A stretch of 64,000 nt of DNA from Gemmatimonadales bacterium (GCA_035601435.1 DATNOH010000059.1:6748-70747), one strand, 5' to 3'; positions 36,635 to 45,966 are shown, numbered from the stretch's first letter. Program-made: numbers and translations. Notes: generated by a model not told the origin, from the letters alone.

Positions 36635-37162
36635 CTAACGCGTGAGCACGGGCAGATAGGCCTTCCACGGGCCTACGGCCGCCGTGTACTGCTTTGCCAT
36701 CACGCGCGAGATCTGAGCGATGTGGCCCAGGTCGTGAACCACCCAGGACGCGAGCAGCTGCGAGAGCGTCACCTGACCCAGCTCGGGATGTCGGCCGCGC
36801 AGCGCCAGCTGCTCCGGGGTCAGGTGCCACTGCCGCAGCGTCGCGACACCCTCGGCGCGCAGCTCGGCGAATCGATCCAGCAGCCGCTGGAGCGACCAGC
36901 CGACGAAGCGCCGCGCCTGCGCGAACCGGTCGAACGGCTCGAACGGCTGCGCTTCCCCCCTTGTGAGGATGATGTTCGCTCGCGGGATCCAGTCGGTTTC
37001 TTCGCCGTGAATCAGGTGGCCGACCACATCCTGCGGGCTCCACGTGTCGGGACCCTCGTTGGCTCTGGTCCAGGGAGAGGGGAGCCCGGCGAGCAGCTCT
37101 CGCAGGGTGGCGGGAGTCCGGGTGAGGACTGCCATGCCTTCGCCGACATTGAATTCCATCAC
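36635..37162 (-). CDS. DinB-superfamily protein
   Basis: TPATLRELLAGL...WSPQDVVGHLIHGEETDW...VVHDLGHIAQI, the His triad pattern of the DinB/YfiT fold. GTGA overlap with the upstream kinase. Confidence 0.8.
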   Translation of the reverse strand: MMEFNVGEGMAVLTRTPATLRELLAGLPSPWTRANEGPDTWSPQDVVGHLIHGEETDWIPRANIILTRGEAQPFEPFDRFAQARRFVGWSLQRLLDRFAELRAEGVATLRQWHLTPEQLALRGRHPELGQVTLSQLLASWVVHDLGHIAQISRVMAKQYTAAVGPWKAYLPVLTR

Positions 37163-39411
37163 AGGTTCATCCGTTTCAGAAAGGCGGTGTAGCGCGGCTC
37201 ATCCCGCACGGCGTCGAAGATCGGGTCGACTTTCATGTACGTGAGCCAGCCCCGCCGGTCTTCGTACGCGCGGTCGAGCCAGTGGAACACCTGGTCCAGG
37301 TTCTTCAAGCCAAGATGCGCAATACAGAACGCGACCGGTGTCACGTAGCGCTCGCGCGCGCGGGCTTCGAGCTCGGCGACGATGGCCTCCGCCTCGCGAC
37401 GCCGCCCGCTCAGAGCCAGCACGTAGGCCACGCCCGCGGTCGCGTACGACAGGTCGGGTGAGAGGGTAATCGCCTCGCGGAACGCGTGCTCCGCTTCGGC
37501 GTAGGCGCCCTGTTGCGTCAGCACCAGGCCGAGGACCCGATAGGTGTCTTCCGACGTGGGGTTCACCGCGACGGCGCGGCGCAGATGGTACAGCGCCTGG
37601 TCGTAGCGGCGTGTGTAGTAACTCAGCCAGCCCACGCCGCGCCGGACGGAGAGCGACGACGGGTCGAGCTCGAGCGCCGTCAGCGCTTCGGTCATCGCCT
37701 GCTCCGCCTGCCCGTTCACGAGGAGAACGAACGAATACCAGTGGTGCGCCGTGGCAAAGCCCGGGTTCAGCTCGAGCGCTCGGGTGTACTGGCGCATCGC
37801 TCCCGGCCAATCCCAGTCGTGCACGTGCAGCACCCAGGCGAGCGACGTGTGCGCCTCGGGCAAGCTCTCATCCAGGGCCAGCGCCTTGAGCGCGTATTCG
37901 CGCGCTAGCCGGTACCCCTCGGTGACCGGCACGCTGCGGTAATCCACCTGGAGCGCGTACGCGTCCGAGAGACCGGAGTATGCCAGCGCGTAGTCGGGAT
38001 CGTGATCGATCGCCTGCTTGAAGAAGGAAATCGACTCGAGCACGCCCTGCTGGCTGCGCTTGTTCCAGCAGTAGCGGCCCTTCAGGTACAGCGAATACGC
38101 CTCGAGGTTGTGGGTGTAGCGCTGCGGCGGAGGGTCGGCGATGTCGGCCAGGAACGTGGTGCGCAGCGTACTGACGATGGTGCGGGCGATCTCGTCCTGG
38201 ATCGCGAACACGTCGTCCAGCGTCCGATCGTAGCGCTCCGACCAAAGCGCGCGTCCGTCCTCGGCGGCGGCGAGCTGCGCCGTGATGCGCAGCCGGTCGC
38301 CCGACTTCCGTACCGTCCCTTCCAGCACGGCGGAGACGCCGAGCAGCGCGCCGATCGCGCGGATGTCCTGCGGCTTTCCCTTCAGGGCGAAGGCGGACGT
38401 GCGAGAGGCGATGCGCAGGCCGTCGACCTTGGCGAGCGCGTTGATCAGCTCGTCGCTGATGCCATCGCTCAGATATTCGTTCTCCGGATCGGCGCTGGCG
38501 TTCACGAACGGCAGCACCGCAATGGATCGTGTCCTGCCGACGAGCGACGGTACGGCCCGGGGTCGCGTGTCTGCCAGGGCCGCCGTGAACTCCGCGACGG
38601 TCGGGAACCGGTCCGCCGGCGCCTTCGCGAGGGCGCGCTGGAGCGCTTGCTCGACCGCCGCCGGCGCGTCCGGCCGATGCGCGCGGAGCGGCGGGGGCGG
38701 CTGGCTCAGGTGCAGCGCGATGATGGCGCGGGCGCTCGTCCCTGAAAACGGCGGCGCCCCGGCCAGCATTTCGTAGATCACGCAAGCGAGCGCGTACTCG
38801 TCGCAGCGCCCGTCCAGCTCGCGATCGCCCGCCGCTTGCTCGGGACTCATGTAATCGGGCGTCCCGATGGCGAGCCCGACCTCGGTGACGTGGTCGCCAC
38901 CCGCCTGGAAGACGGCGCGCGCGATCCCGAAGTCGGCGAGCACCGCGTGCCCGTCGACGAGGAGCACGTTTTCTGGCTTGACGTCCCGGTGAACGAACCC
39001 CTCGCGATGCGCGTAGTCGAGTCCCGCGCCCAGCTCGGGCGCGATGCGCAGGGCATCCTCGAGCGAGAGCCGCTTCTCGCGCACGAGGCGCTCGCGCAGC
39101 GATTCGCCGCGCACGTACGGCATCACGTAGTAGAGGGATCCCGCCGCCTGTCCGGAATCGATGAGTGGAAGCACGTGGGGGTGGGTGAGCCGCGCGGCGA
39201 TCGCGATCTCTCGCAGGAACCGCTCCGCGCCGATCGCGGCCGCGACGTCGGACCGCAGCACCTTGATCGCGACCTGGCGGCTGTGCCGGAGGTCCTCGGC
39301 GACGTACACGGTGGCCATGCCGCCCCGGCCCAGCTCACGCTCGATCGTGTAGCGGTCGCCGAGGTCGGCCGAGAGTGCTTCCCGCACGCGCTCCAGCGAG
39401 GCACGCTCCAT
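37159..39411 (-). CDS. serine/threonine kinase with central TolB-N-like segment and C-terminal TPR repeats
   Basis: GRGGMATVY, AIKVL, HRDVKPENVLL, DFGIAR, SPEQ. Then IAVLPFVNASADPENEYLSDGISDELI. Then multiple TPR units. Confidence 0.92.
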   Translation of the reverse strand: MERASLERVREALSADLGDRYTIERELGRGGMATVYVAEDLRHSRQVAIKVLRSDVAAAIGAERFLREIAIAARLTHPHVLPLIDSGQAAGSLYYVMPYVRGESLRERLVREKRLSLEDALRIAPELGAGLDYAHREGFVHRDVKPENVLLVDGHAVLADFGIARAVFQAGGDHVTEVGLAIGTPDYMSPEQAAGDRELDGRCDEYALACVIYEMLAGAPPFSGTSARAIIALHLSQPPPPLRAHRPDAPAAVEQALQRALAKAPADRFPTVAEFTAALADTRPRAVPSLVGRTRSIAVLPFVNASADPENEYLSDGISDELINALAKVDGLRIASRTSAFALKGKPQDIRAIGALLGVSAVLEGTVRKSGDRLRITAQLAAAEDGRALWSERYDRTLDDVFAIQDEIARTIVSTLRTTFLADIADPPPQRYTHNLEAYSLYLKGRYCWNKRSQQGVLESISFFKQAIDHDPDYALAYSGLSDAYALQVDYRSVPVTEGYRLAREYALKALALDESLPEAHTSLAWVLHVHDWDWPGAMRQYTRALELNPGFATAHHWYSFVLLVNGQAEQAMTEALTALELDPSSLSVRRGVGWLSYYTRRYDQALYHLRRAVAVNPTSEDTYRVLGLVLTQQGAYAEAEHAFREAITLSPDLSYATAGVAYVLALSGRRREAEAIVAELEARARERYVTPVAFCIAHLGLKNLDQVFHWLDRAYEDRRGWLTYMKVDPIFDAVRDEPRYTAFLKRMNL

Positions 39412-39470
39412 AGATGACCAAAGCTATCCGGGCTTGCGCCCGGCGTCAGCGGGTCGTTGTTTCTCGAACG

Positions 39471-39656
39471 ATGCGCCGAACCGTGGTCTTCCTCGCGCCG
39501 CTCCTCACTGCGCCGCTCCAGGCTCAGGAGCGCACCGTCGTCTTCACGAACGTCCGCGTCATCCCGATGGACCGGGAGCGCGTCATGGCGGCGATTCTGG
39601 TGTTAGGGGCACGTCGCATCCGGCGGTCCGACGCACTATCCACAACAGGAGCGTGA
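39471..39656 (+). pseudogene. remnant of an amidohydrolase N-terminus (about 60 codons)
   Basis: MRRTVVFLAPLLTAPLQAQERTVVFTNVRVIPMDRERV looks like the signal peptide plus first strand of secreted amidohydrolases. The frame then stops after 61 codons, and the next gene starts at 39664. Confidence 0.4.
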
Positions 39657-39663
39657 GACGTCC

Positions 39664-40764
39664 ATGTTCCGACGCATTGGTTTCGCCGGTCTCCTAATCC
39701 CCGCAGCGCTCGCCGCCCAAGCGACGCCCTGCATTTCCCGGCGCTCAGGGAGCGTTCCTGCCGCGTACGCTGACGTAGTAGCCCGCGAGCGTACACTCGT
39801 GTGCCAGCGACTGGCGACCAGGATCCCCGGGGTGCAGGTGGCCGTGGCGGTGAATGGGAAGCTGGTATGGTCTGAGGGGTTCGGTTACGGCGACGCGGAG
39901 CGCCAGCAGCCCGTCACGCGCGAGACGCAGTTCCGGATCGGGAGCGTATCGAAGCCGCTCACGGCCACCGCCGTCGCCCTGTTGTACGAGCAGGGGAAGC
40001 TCGACCTCGACGTACCGGTGCAACGTTACGTGCCGTCGTTCCCGGACAAGGGCTACCCCATCACCACCCGGCAGCTCGCCGGCCACCTCGCCGGCATCCG
40101 GCATTACAAGGACCAGGAGTTTTTCTCGAACCGCCACTACGCCCGCGTGCTCGACGGGCTCAAGATCTTTCAGGACGATTCGTTGCTGTTCCCGCCCGGC
40201 ACGCGCTTCTCGTATACGAGCTACGGCTGGAATCTCGTCTCTGCGGTGGTGGAGGGCGCGTCGGGGGACAACTTCCTGCACTACATCTCGGCGCACGTGT
40301 TTCGCCCGCTCGGTCTGACCCACACAGCCCCCGACCGCGTGGACAGCCTGATACCCGGCCGCACCCAATTCTACGATCGCGACAGCGCGGGGAGTTTTCA
40401 CATCGCCCCCGCGGTGGACAACAGCTACAAGTGGGCGGGCGGTGGGTTCGTCTCCAGCGCCGAAGACCTGGTGAAGTTCGGGTCCGCGCTGCTCCAGCCT
40501 GGCTTCCTGAAGCCGGAGACGCTGGATCTCTTGTTCACGTCGCAGCGCACCAGCGCGGGGGAGGAGACGGGGTACGGAATCGGCTGGTTCCTGAGGACCG
40601 ACAGCCTAGGACACCGCTGGGCGTTCCACGGCGGCGGCTCGGTGGGCGGGACGGCGGCCTTCGGCCTGGACCGTGACTCCCGAGTGGTCGTCGCCATCCT
40701 CGCGAATCTGTCGAATGCACCGCTCGACGCCGCCCAGGAGATTGAAGCAGCGTTCGACCACTAA
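39664..40764 (+). CDS. serine hydrolase, beta-lactamase (class C)/PBP4-like family
   Basis: Signal peptide. S-x-x-K motif FRIGSVSKPLTA. YTSYGWN (Y-x-N). Confidence 0.88.
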   Translation: MFRRIGFAGLLIPAALAAQATPCISRRSGSVPAAYADVVARERTLVCQRLATRIPGVQVAVAVNGKLVWSEGFGYGDAERQQPVTRETQFRIGSVSKPLTATAVALLYEQGKLDLDVPVQRYVPSFPDKGYPITTRQLAGHLAGIRHYKDQEFFSNRHYARVLDGLKIFQDDSLLFPPGTRFSYTSYGWNLVSAVVEGASGDNFLHYISAHVFRPLGLTHTAPDRVDSLIPGRTQFYDRDSAGSFHIAPAVDNSYKWAGGGFVSSAEDLVKFGSALLQPGFLKPETLDLLFTSQRTSAGEETGYGIGWFLRTDSLGHRWAFHGGGSVGGTAAFGLDRDSRVVVAILANLSNAPLDAAQEIEAAFDH

Positions 40765-40849
40765 GGGCGCCATCTCCGTCGTCCGTGAACTTGCTCATTC
40801 GCGCGCGGTCGAGCTAGCTTGGGCGCGCAAGGAAGCGCGAGGAGATTCC

Positions 40850-41365
40850 ATGAGCGCCATCGATGACGCACAACAGGCCAACCGGCGTTTTGCCCAAGAC
40901 TTTCGGCTGGGCCAGGTGCCCATGCGCCCCGCCAAGAAGCTCGCCATCGTCGCCTGCATGGACGCGCGCCTAATGATCGAGCCCGCGTTGGGTTTGGAAA
41001 CCGGAGACGCCCACATCATCCGCAACGCGGGCGGCATCGTGACGGAAGACGCGATCCGCTCGCTCTTGATTTCGCACCACCTGTTGGGCACCGAAGAGTG
41101 GATGATCGTCAATCACACCGACTGCGGGATGCTCACCTTCAAGGAAGAGGAGCTGGTCGCGAAACTGCGCGCGCAATCAGACGAGACGCCGGTCACCCCG
41201 GTCCACTTCCACGCGTTCCGCGACTTGGAGGAGAACGTGCGGCACCAGATCCGGAAGGTGCGGTCACACCCCTGGGTGCCGAGCGATATCCGGGTGCGGG
41301 GGTTCATCTACGATGTTGGGACTGGCGCGTTGAACGAGGTCGCGGAGGCGGTCACAGCCTCATGA
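40850..41365 (+). CDS. beta-class carbonic anhydrase
   Basis: IVACMDARL...GDAHIIRNAGG...IVNHTDCGM zinc ligand pattern (C, D/R, H, C). GGAGA upstream of ATG 40850. Confidence 0.88.
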   Translation: MSAIDDAQQANRRFAQDFRLGQVPMRPAKKLAIVACMDARLMIEPALGLETGDAHIIRNAGGIVTEDAIRSLLISHHLLGTEEWMIVNHTDCGMLTFKEEELVAKLRAQSDETPVTPVHFHAFRDLEENVRHQIRKVRSHPWVPSDIRVRGFIYDVGTGALNEVAEAVTAS

Positions 41366-41837
41366 GGGCCCCCTCGTGCTCGAGCAGCCAGCGCTTGCGA
41401 TCCAACCCCCCGCCGAAGCCGGTGAGTGATCCGTCCGCTCCCACGACGCGATGGCAGGGCACGATGATCGGGATCGGGTTTCTGCCATTGGCGGCGCCCA
41501 CGGCGCGGGTGGCCCGCACATCCCCCAAGCGGCGCGCCAGCTCGCTGTAGCTCAGCGTCGCGCCGTACGGGATGGCGCGCAAGGCCTCCCACACGCGGCG
41601 TTGGAACGGCGTACCGGCGGGCTCCAGTGGAACAGCGAACGTCGTGCGTCTCCCGGCGAAATATTCGGCGAGCTGCTCGCATGCTCGGGCGAGAACGGCA
41701 TTCGCGGGCCCGCGTCCGTCATTCGCCGGAGCACACGTGACTTCCCCCTTGCCCGGAAACCACACACCGGTGAGCGCGGAGTCGGACGCGGTGAGCAGGA
41801 GCTCGCCGATCGGACTTTCGAACCGGGTCGCTACCAT
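41352..41837 (-). CDS. ogt: methylated-DNA--protein-cysteine methyltransferase
   Basis: Active site IPIIVPCHRVV plus the FQRRVWEALRAIPYG helix. Start at MVATRFESPIGEL. Confidence 0.92.
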   Translation of the reverse strand: MVATRFESPIGELLLTASDSALTGVWFPGKGEVTCAPANDGRGPANAVLARACEQLAEYFAGRRTTFAVPLEPAGTPFQRRVWEALRAIPYGATLSYSELARRLGDVRATRAVGAANGRNPIPIIVPCHRVVGADGSLTGFGGGLDRKRWLLEHEGALMRL

Positions 41838-41839
41838 CC

Positions 41840-42349
41840 CTAGGCCGTCTTCCAGGCGCCGAGCAGGCGCCGGAGCAACACCAGCTGCCCCAGGTGATAG
41901 GAGTTGTGATCGGCGAGGACGAGCGCCTCGCGCAGCGGTGTCTGTCCGGTGCCGTGCGGGATGCGGGCAAACAGGTCCGTGGCCGGGTCGCGCACCAGTC
42001 GTTGCATGGCCAGCAGGTCGTGCTTCACCTGGGCGACGCTCTTGTCCCACGCCGTGGCATCTGGGGGCGCGTCGCTCGCGGGCCAGTAACCCGCCGGCCA
42101 CTCTGGTGAGACGTGCTTCGCGCTCTTCGTGAACTCGAGGATATCCCACTGCGAGATGCGGATGTGCTCGAGCAGGCGCCAGGGCGTGAACGGCTGGCCG
42201 GAGGGTTTCACGCCCCGGAGCTGGGGCGGCCAGTCGGCGAGCGCGTCCTCGAGCTTGACGTGAGCGTGACCGCCGTCGAGCAGCTCGACGAGGTGGTCCC
42301 GGAGCGCGCGCTGGGGATCGGGGCGACGAGGCTTGCCTTTGACCGCCAT
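41840..42349 (-). CDS. DinB-superfamily protein
   Basis: RLLEHIRISQWDILEF...LADHNSYHLGQLVLLRR. Stop is 2 nt before the ogt start. Confidence 0.75.
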   Translation of the reverse strand: MAVKGKPRRPDPQRALRDHLVELLDGGHAHVKLEDALADWPPQLRGVKPSGQPFTPWRLLEHIRISQWDILEFTKSAKHVSPEWPAGYWPASDAPPDATAWDKSVAQVKHDLLAMQRLVRDPATDLFARIPHGTGQTPLREALVLADHNSYHLGQLVLLRRLLGAWKTA

Positions 42350-42359
42350 GGAGTCCGCG

Positions 42360-43430
42360 TCAGCCTGCGTCGTGCTTGCGCCGCTTGTCCCGGTAGAGCG
42401 CGCGGTCGGCTCGGTCCAACAGGCCGGCCACCGAGCCGAGTGTGCTCGCCTTGTGGGCCGCGAAGCCGAGGCTGATCGAGAGCTGATAGGGTCGTGCGCC
42501 GCGGCGGTTGAAGTCGCGCACCTGCCGCTTCAGCCGCTCGGCGAGCACCTCGGCGCTTTCGGGTCCCGAGTGTCGCACCAGCACGGCGTACTCGTCGCCG
42601 CCGATCCGGGACACCAGGTCCGAGTCGCGGAACGTCTGCCGCAACAGGGCGGCGGTGTCGCGCAAAGCCCGATCGCCTCCCGCGTGGCCGGCCGTGTCGT
42701 TTACGCCCTTCAGGTCGTCCAGGTCGGCGAATGCCACGAGCAGCGTCTCATTGCCGCGGCGCGCGAGACGCAGATCGCGGGTCGCGAGCGTCAGGAAGCC
42801 ACGCCGGTTGTACAGCCCCGTCAAATCGTCCACGAGGGCCAGATCGAGCAGCGCGGAATGGAGGCGGTTCCGCTCGATCGCGAGCCGGAGGGCGTGCGCG
42901 AGGACCGGCCCGTCGACCTCACCTTTCACCAGGAAGTCTTGCGCCCCGGCGCGCACGGCTTCGAGGCCGTTGCGCTCGTCTTCGGCGTCCGAGAGAAACA
43001 GGAACGGGGTGGCGGGCGCCAGCGCCCGGAGCTCCGTGAAGGTCGCGAAGCCGCGGCGCGCGGAGAGCGACATGGCCAAGAGGACCACGTCGACGCCGCC
43101 TTTGGCCAGCCGGCCGAGCGACGCTTGCGGCGCTGTGGCTGCCACGCTGAATCGGTCGGGATCGGCGCCGGCCAGGAGGTCGCGCACGCGACGCGCTTCG
43201 TCCTCCCGGTCGCTGACGACGAGGACGACAACCTTGTCGCCGCGGGCCGCTGACTGGCGCCGGCTCGGGGGCTGGCGCCGATCGGTGGCCCGGCGGCGTT
43301 CGACCTGGTTGCGCCGCTCCTCGTCGAGCGAGATCACTTCCAGACGACGCTCGCCCAAGCGACGATCGTTGTCACTGCGGCGGGGCGGCAGGAGCCGCCG
43401 GTCTACTCTACTGTGCTCGCGTGCGACCAT
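42360..43430 (-). CDS. response-regulator diguanylate cyclase (REC-GGDEF) with Arg-rich (D/E)RR-repeat N-terminus
   Basis: Receiver (VVVLVVSDRED...). GGDEF domain with RIGGDEYAV active site and RxxD-like I-site region. N-terminal 65 aa rich in DRR/ERR. Confidence 0.9.
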   Translation of the reverse strand: MVAREHSRVDRRLLPPRRSDNDRRLGERRLEVISLDEERRNQVERRRATDRRQPPSRRQSAARGDKVVVLVVSDREDEARRVRDLLAGADPDRFSVAATAPQASLGRLAKGGVDVVLLAMSLSARRGFATFTELRALAPATPFLFLSDAEDERNGLEAVRAGAQDFLVKGEVDGPVLAHALRLAIERNRLHSALLDLALVDDLTGLYNRRGFLTLATRDLRLARRGNETLLVAFADLDDLKGVNDTAGHAGGDRALRDTAALLRQTFRDSDLVSRIGGDEYAVLVRHSGPESAEVLAERLKRQVRDFNRRGARPYQLSISLGFAAHKASTLGSVAGLLDRADRALYRDKRRKHDAG

Positions 43431-43552
43431 GCCCGTGCCTTGGTGGCCGGTGCATGGAAATTGGGGGCAATGCCCCCGCTACACAATCGACGCGATGAAG
43501 CCTTGGCCCGCGCGCAGCGTTACCTTCTGGGGAGTGTCACGGGAGACCCGTC

Positions 43553-44113
43553 GTGGAGCCGACTGCAGTGTCGCCGTTCAGTGCCTGGGAAAACTTCTAC
43601 GTCATCGTCGGCTCGTCCGCGGCGGCGCTGACGGGTCTGCAATTCGTGGTGGTCGTCCTTGGGGCCGAGGCGCGCTCAATTCGCGGCCCCGAGCTGGGCG
43701 CGTTCGGCACGCCCACGATCGTGCATTTCTGCGCTGTCTTGCTCATCTCGGCGATCATCAGTGTGCCATGGCACGCCGTCTCGAGCGCCGGCCTCGCCCT
43801 CGGCGCAAGCGGCGTGGCGGGAATCCTGTACATGCTGGTCGTCATCAAGCGGGCGCGCGGACAGGCGGCCGGGCAGAAGGGATACAAGCCAGTGATGGAA
43901 GACTGGCTCTGGCATACAGCCTTTCCCTTCATCGCTTACGTGACGCTCCTGGTGGCATCGATCACGCTGCGACAAGACCCCCTCCGGTCGCTCCTGGTGA
44001 TCGCCGCGACGGCGCTAGTCCTGCTGTTTGACGGCATCCACAACGCGTGGGACGCCGTCACCTACATCGCTACGCAGCAGCCGCGACACACGGAGGGCCC
44101 TCCCGGCGAGTAA
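43553..44113 (+). CDS. integral membrane protein of unknown function
   Basis: Five or six hydrophobic helices (FYVIVGSSAAALTGLQFVVVVLG, IVHFCAVLLISAII...). Confidence 0.65.
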   Translation: MEPTAVSPFSAWENFYVIVGSSAAALTGLQFVVVVLGAEARSIRGPELGAFGTPTIVHFCAVLLISAIISVPWHAVSSAGLALGASGVAGILYMLVVIKRARGQAAGQKGYKPVMEDWLWHTAFPFIAYVTLLVASITLRQDPLRSLLVIAATALVLLFDGIHNAWDAVTYIATQQPRHTEGPPGE

Positions 44114-44136
44114 TAAAGAGACGCAGATTCGGAGCC

Positions 44137-44439
44137 ATGGCTACCCAACGCAAGAATCGCCGAGCAAAATCCGAACGACGCGGCGAGGCTGATCGCCGCA
44201 ATGAGCAGACGCCCGTCGAGCTCGAGCGCCGGAAGGGCGGCCCGCGCCGTAGCGGGCTCAAGCGGCGGATGGAGCTGGAAACGGCGAGCGATCAGATCCA
44301 CGCGGCCCTCGGTCTACTGACCTACGCCCTGGATCAGGGGATACTGCTCGACGTGGACCGGTGGCTGCTCGAGACCGCGGCCGCGCGGTTGCGGCTGGCG
44401 GTCGAGCAGCTGGGCGAGGAGACGGGCGAGGCCACCTAA
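44137..44439 (+). CDS. small basic protein with (D/E)RR repeats
   Basis: GGAG upstream. MATQRKNRRAKSERRGEADRRNEQTPVELERRKGGPRRSGLKRR, then a helical tail. Confidence 0.5.
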   Translation: MATQRKNRRAKSERRGEADRRNEQTPVELERRKGGPRRSGLKRRMELETASDQIHAALGLLTYALDQGILLDVDRWLLETAAARLRLAVEQLGEETGEAT

Positions 44440-44470
44440 CGCCGCCGGACTTCGACCGGGCCCTGATGGC

Positions 44471-45361
44471 TCAGGGTGCGGGGACGATCGTGATGGCCGT
44501 GACCGGATGGATCTCCCAGGCCGTCGCCCGCCAGTTCTGGGCGCCTCCCGGATGCGTATTCTCCGCTTGCGCTTTGTGCTCGGCGTCGAACATCAGCCAG
44601 CCACGCACCTTCACCCAACGCCCCTCGATGGTCTGCTGGAGCGTCGCCGTCGACCAATCGATGCCTTGGGCGTTCAGCGCGGCACGCCAACGGGGCGTCA
44701 CCTCGACGATGACCCGCCGGATGGAGGCGGTGTCACTCGGGCTCAGCGTGAGCTCGATGTGGCTGTCGCGGTGGACCGGATCCCCCAGCCTGCAGTTGGT
44801 GGTCTCAGTCCGGCCGCCCGGAATCACGCGGAACACGTAGGCGCTGATCTCCGCCGCCTTGGTCTCGTCGAACCGAGCCGCGTCGTCGGTGCTGGGCGCG
44901 AGCATCGCGGCCAACGTGACGGCGCTGTCGGTGTCGGCGTCCCGGGGATCCGCACTGCGGTTCTTGAAACGGTTCAGCGCGCTGACGTTGTGGGGTTTCG
45001 CGTTGCCTGAATCCGGGCAACCGTCGAAATCCCCCGGCGCCACCGACACCGTCGCCGGGGCCGGCACGAAGGTGTGAGGCACCGTGGGCTGGTGTAGCTC
45101 CGTCGGATCGACCAGTCGCACAAAACGCTCCCACACCCAGCCTACGTCCTCGGTCTGCGTACGCACACGCACGTAGCCCGCTTGATGGCCATCGTCGAGC
45201 AGCGTGACTGCGTCGCCGGCCTCGAGCACGGCCAGCTTGTCCGCCCCGCTCGAGGGGCCGCTCCGCAGAGTGGCGTTCCGCGTGAGGATTCCGACTTGCT
45301 GGGTGTTCGCGGCCGGGACCACCAGTACCAGCGCCGCGACGACGAGGGCGACCTGCCGCAC
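44471..45361 (-). CDS. secreted SH3-domain protein
   Basis: GGGGAGG 5 nt upstream of GTG 45359-45361. Signal/TM segment RQVALVVAALVLVVPAANT. Bacterial SH3 pattern ATLRSGPSSGADKLAVLEAGDAVTLL...GYVRVRT...GWV. Confidence 0.7.
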   Translation of the reverse strand: MRQVALVVAALVLVVPAANTQQVGILTRNATLRSGPSSGADKLAVLEAGDAVTLLDDGHQAGYVRVRTQTEDVGWVWERFVRLVDPTELHQPTVPHTFVPAPATVSVAPGDFDGCPDSGNAKPHNVSALNRFKNRSADPRDADTDSAVTLAAMLAPSTDDAARFDETKAAEISAYVFRVIPGGRTETTNCRLGDPVHRDSHIELTLSPSDTASIRRVIVEVTPRWRAALNAQGIDWSTATLQQTIEGRWVKVRGWLMFDAEHKAQAENTHPGGAQNWRATAWEIHPVTAITIVPAP

Positions 45362-45454
45362 GGGGACCTCCCCTCTACAAGAAAACCTTGAACGCAGTGC
45401 CGATAGCGCGATCTTTTCGTGGATGGTAATGCTGGAGCACACGATCGAGGTGAA

Positions 45455-45781
45455 TCACCGGACGATCACTCGATATCCCCCTTCCCCATCGTCCAAGCCC
45501 CACTCCACCACCATCCCCCGCAGCTCCCCCTGCAGCAGGGTCTTCACCAGCCCGCGCAGCACCGGCCCGCTGGTCGAGCCTTTGCCTTTTCCCGTGATGA
45601 TATGGACGACCGCGCCAGCCTTCCGACGTCGCCAACTCTCGAGGAACGCGCGCACCGCGGACCGCGCTTCGACCGCGCCGAACCCGTGTAGATCGAGCTC
45701 GGCATCGGCGCGCGCATCGAGCAATTGGTCGCGCGAGTCGAACGCGGGATGCCCACGTCGTCCACGTCTACCCACGTTCAC
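45455..45781 (-). CDS. Smr-domain protein
   Basis: ELDLHGFGAVEARSAVRAFL...VVHIITGKGKGS...PVLRGLV, the Smr signature (LDLHG, TGKG). Confidence 0.85.
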   Translation of the reverse strand: MNVGRRGRRGHPAFDSRDQLLDARADAELDLHGFGAVEARSAVRAFLESWRRRKAGAVVHIITGKGKGSTSGPVLRGLVKTLLQGELRGMVVEWGLDDGEGGYRVIVR

Positions 45782-45813
45782 CTTCGCCTTGCGGCCCGAG
45801 ACGCGTCACCCGA

Positions 45814-45966
45814 TCAGCACCCCACCCAGTCCCCGGTTACGCCGCGCCACACGTACGGCGAGGTCAGAGTAGCGTCGAGGCCGAGGTACACCTGGGCACA
45901 GGCGGGGCTGGAGAGCCCAAGCGCCGGAAGGAGAGCCGCGGCGACGAACAGCCGAAGGCTAAGCAT
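45814..45966 (-). pseudogene. 50-codon fragment resembling the N-terminus of a Gcw_chp/TIGR02001-type outer-membrane protein
   Basis: MLSLRLFVAAALLPALGLSSPACAQVYLGLDATLTSPYVWRGVT, then TGA. This is a signal peptide plus the first conserved strand only. Confidence 0.35.

Noticed and set aside
42508-44031. 507-aa Ser/Arg-rich plus-strand ORF
   Set aside because: It is antisense to the REC-GGDEF gene and out of frame with the membrane-protein gene at 43553. It is a low-complexity shadow ORF.
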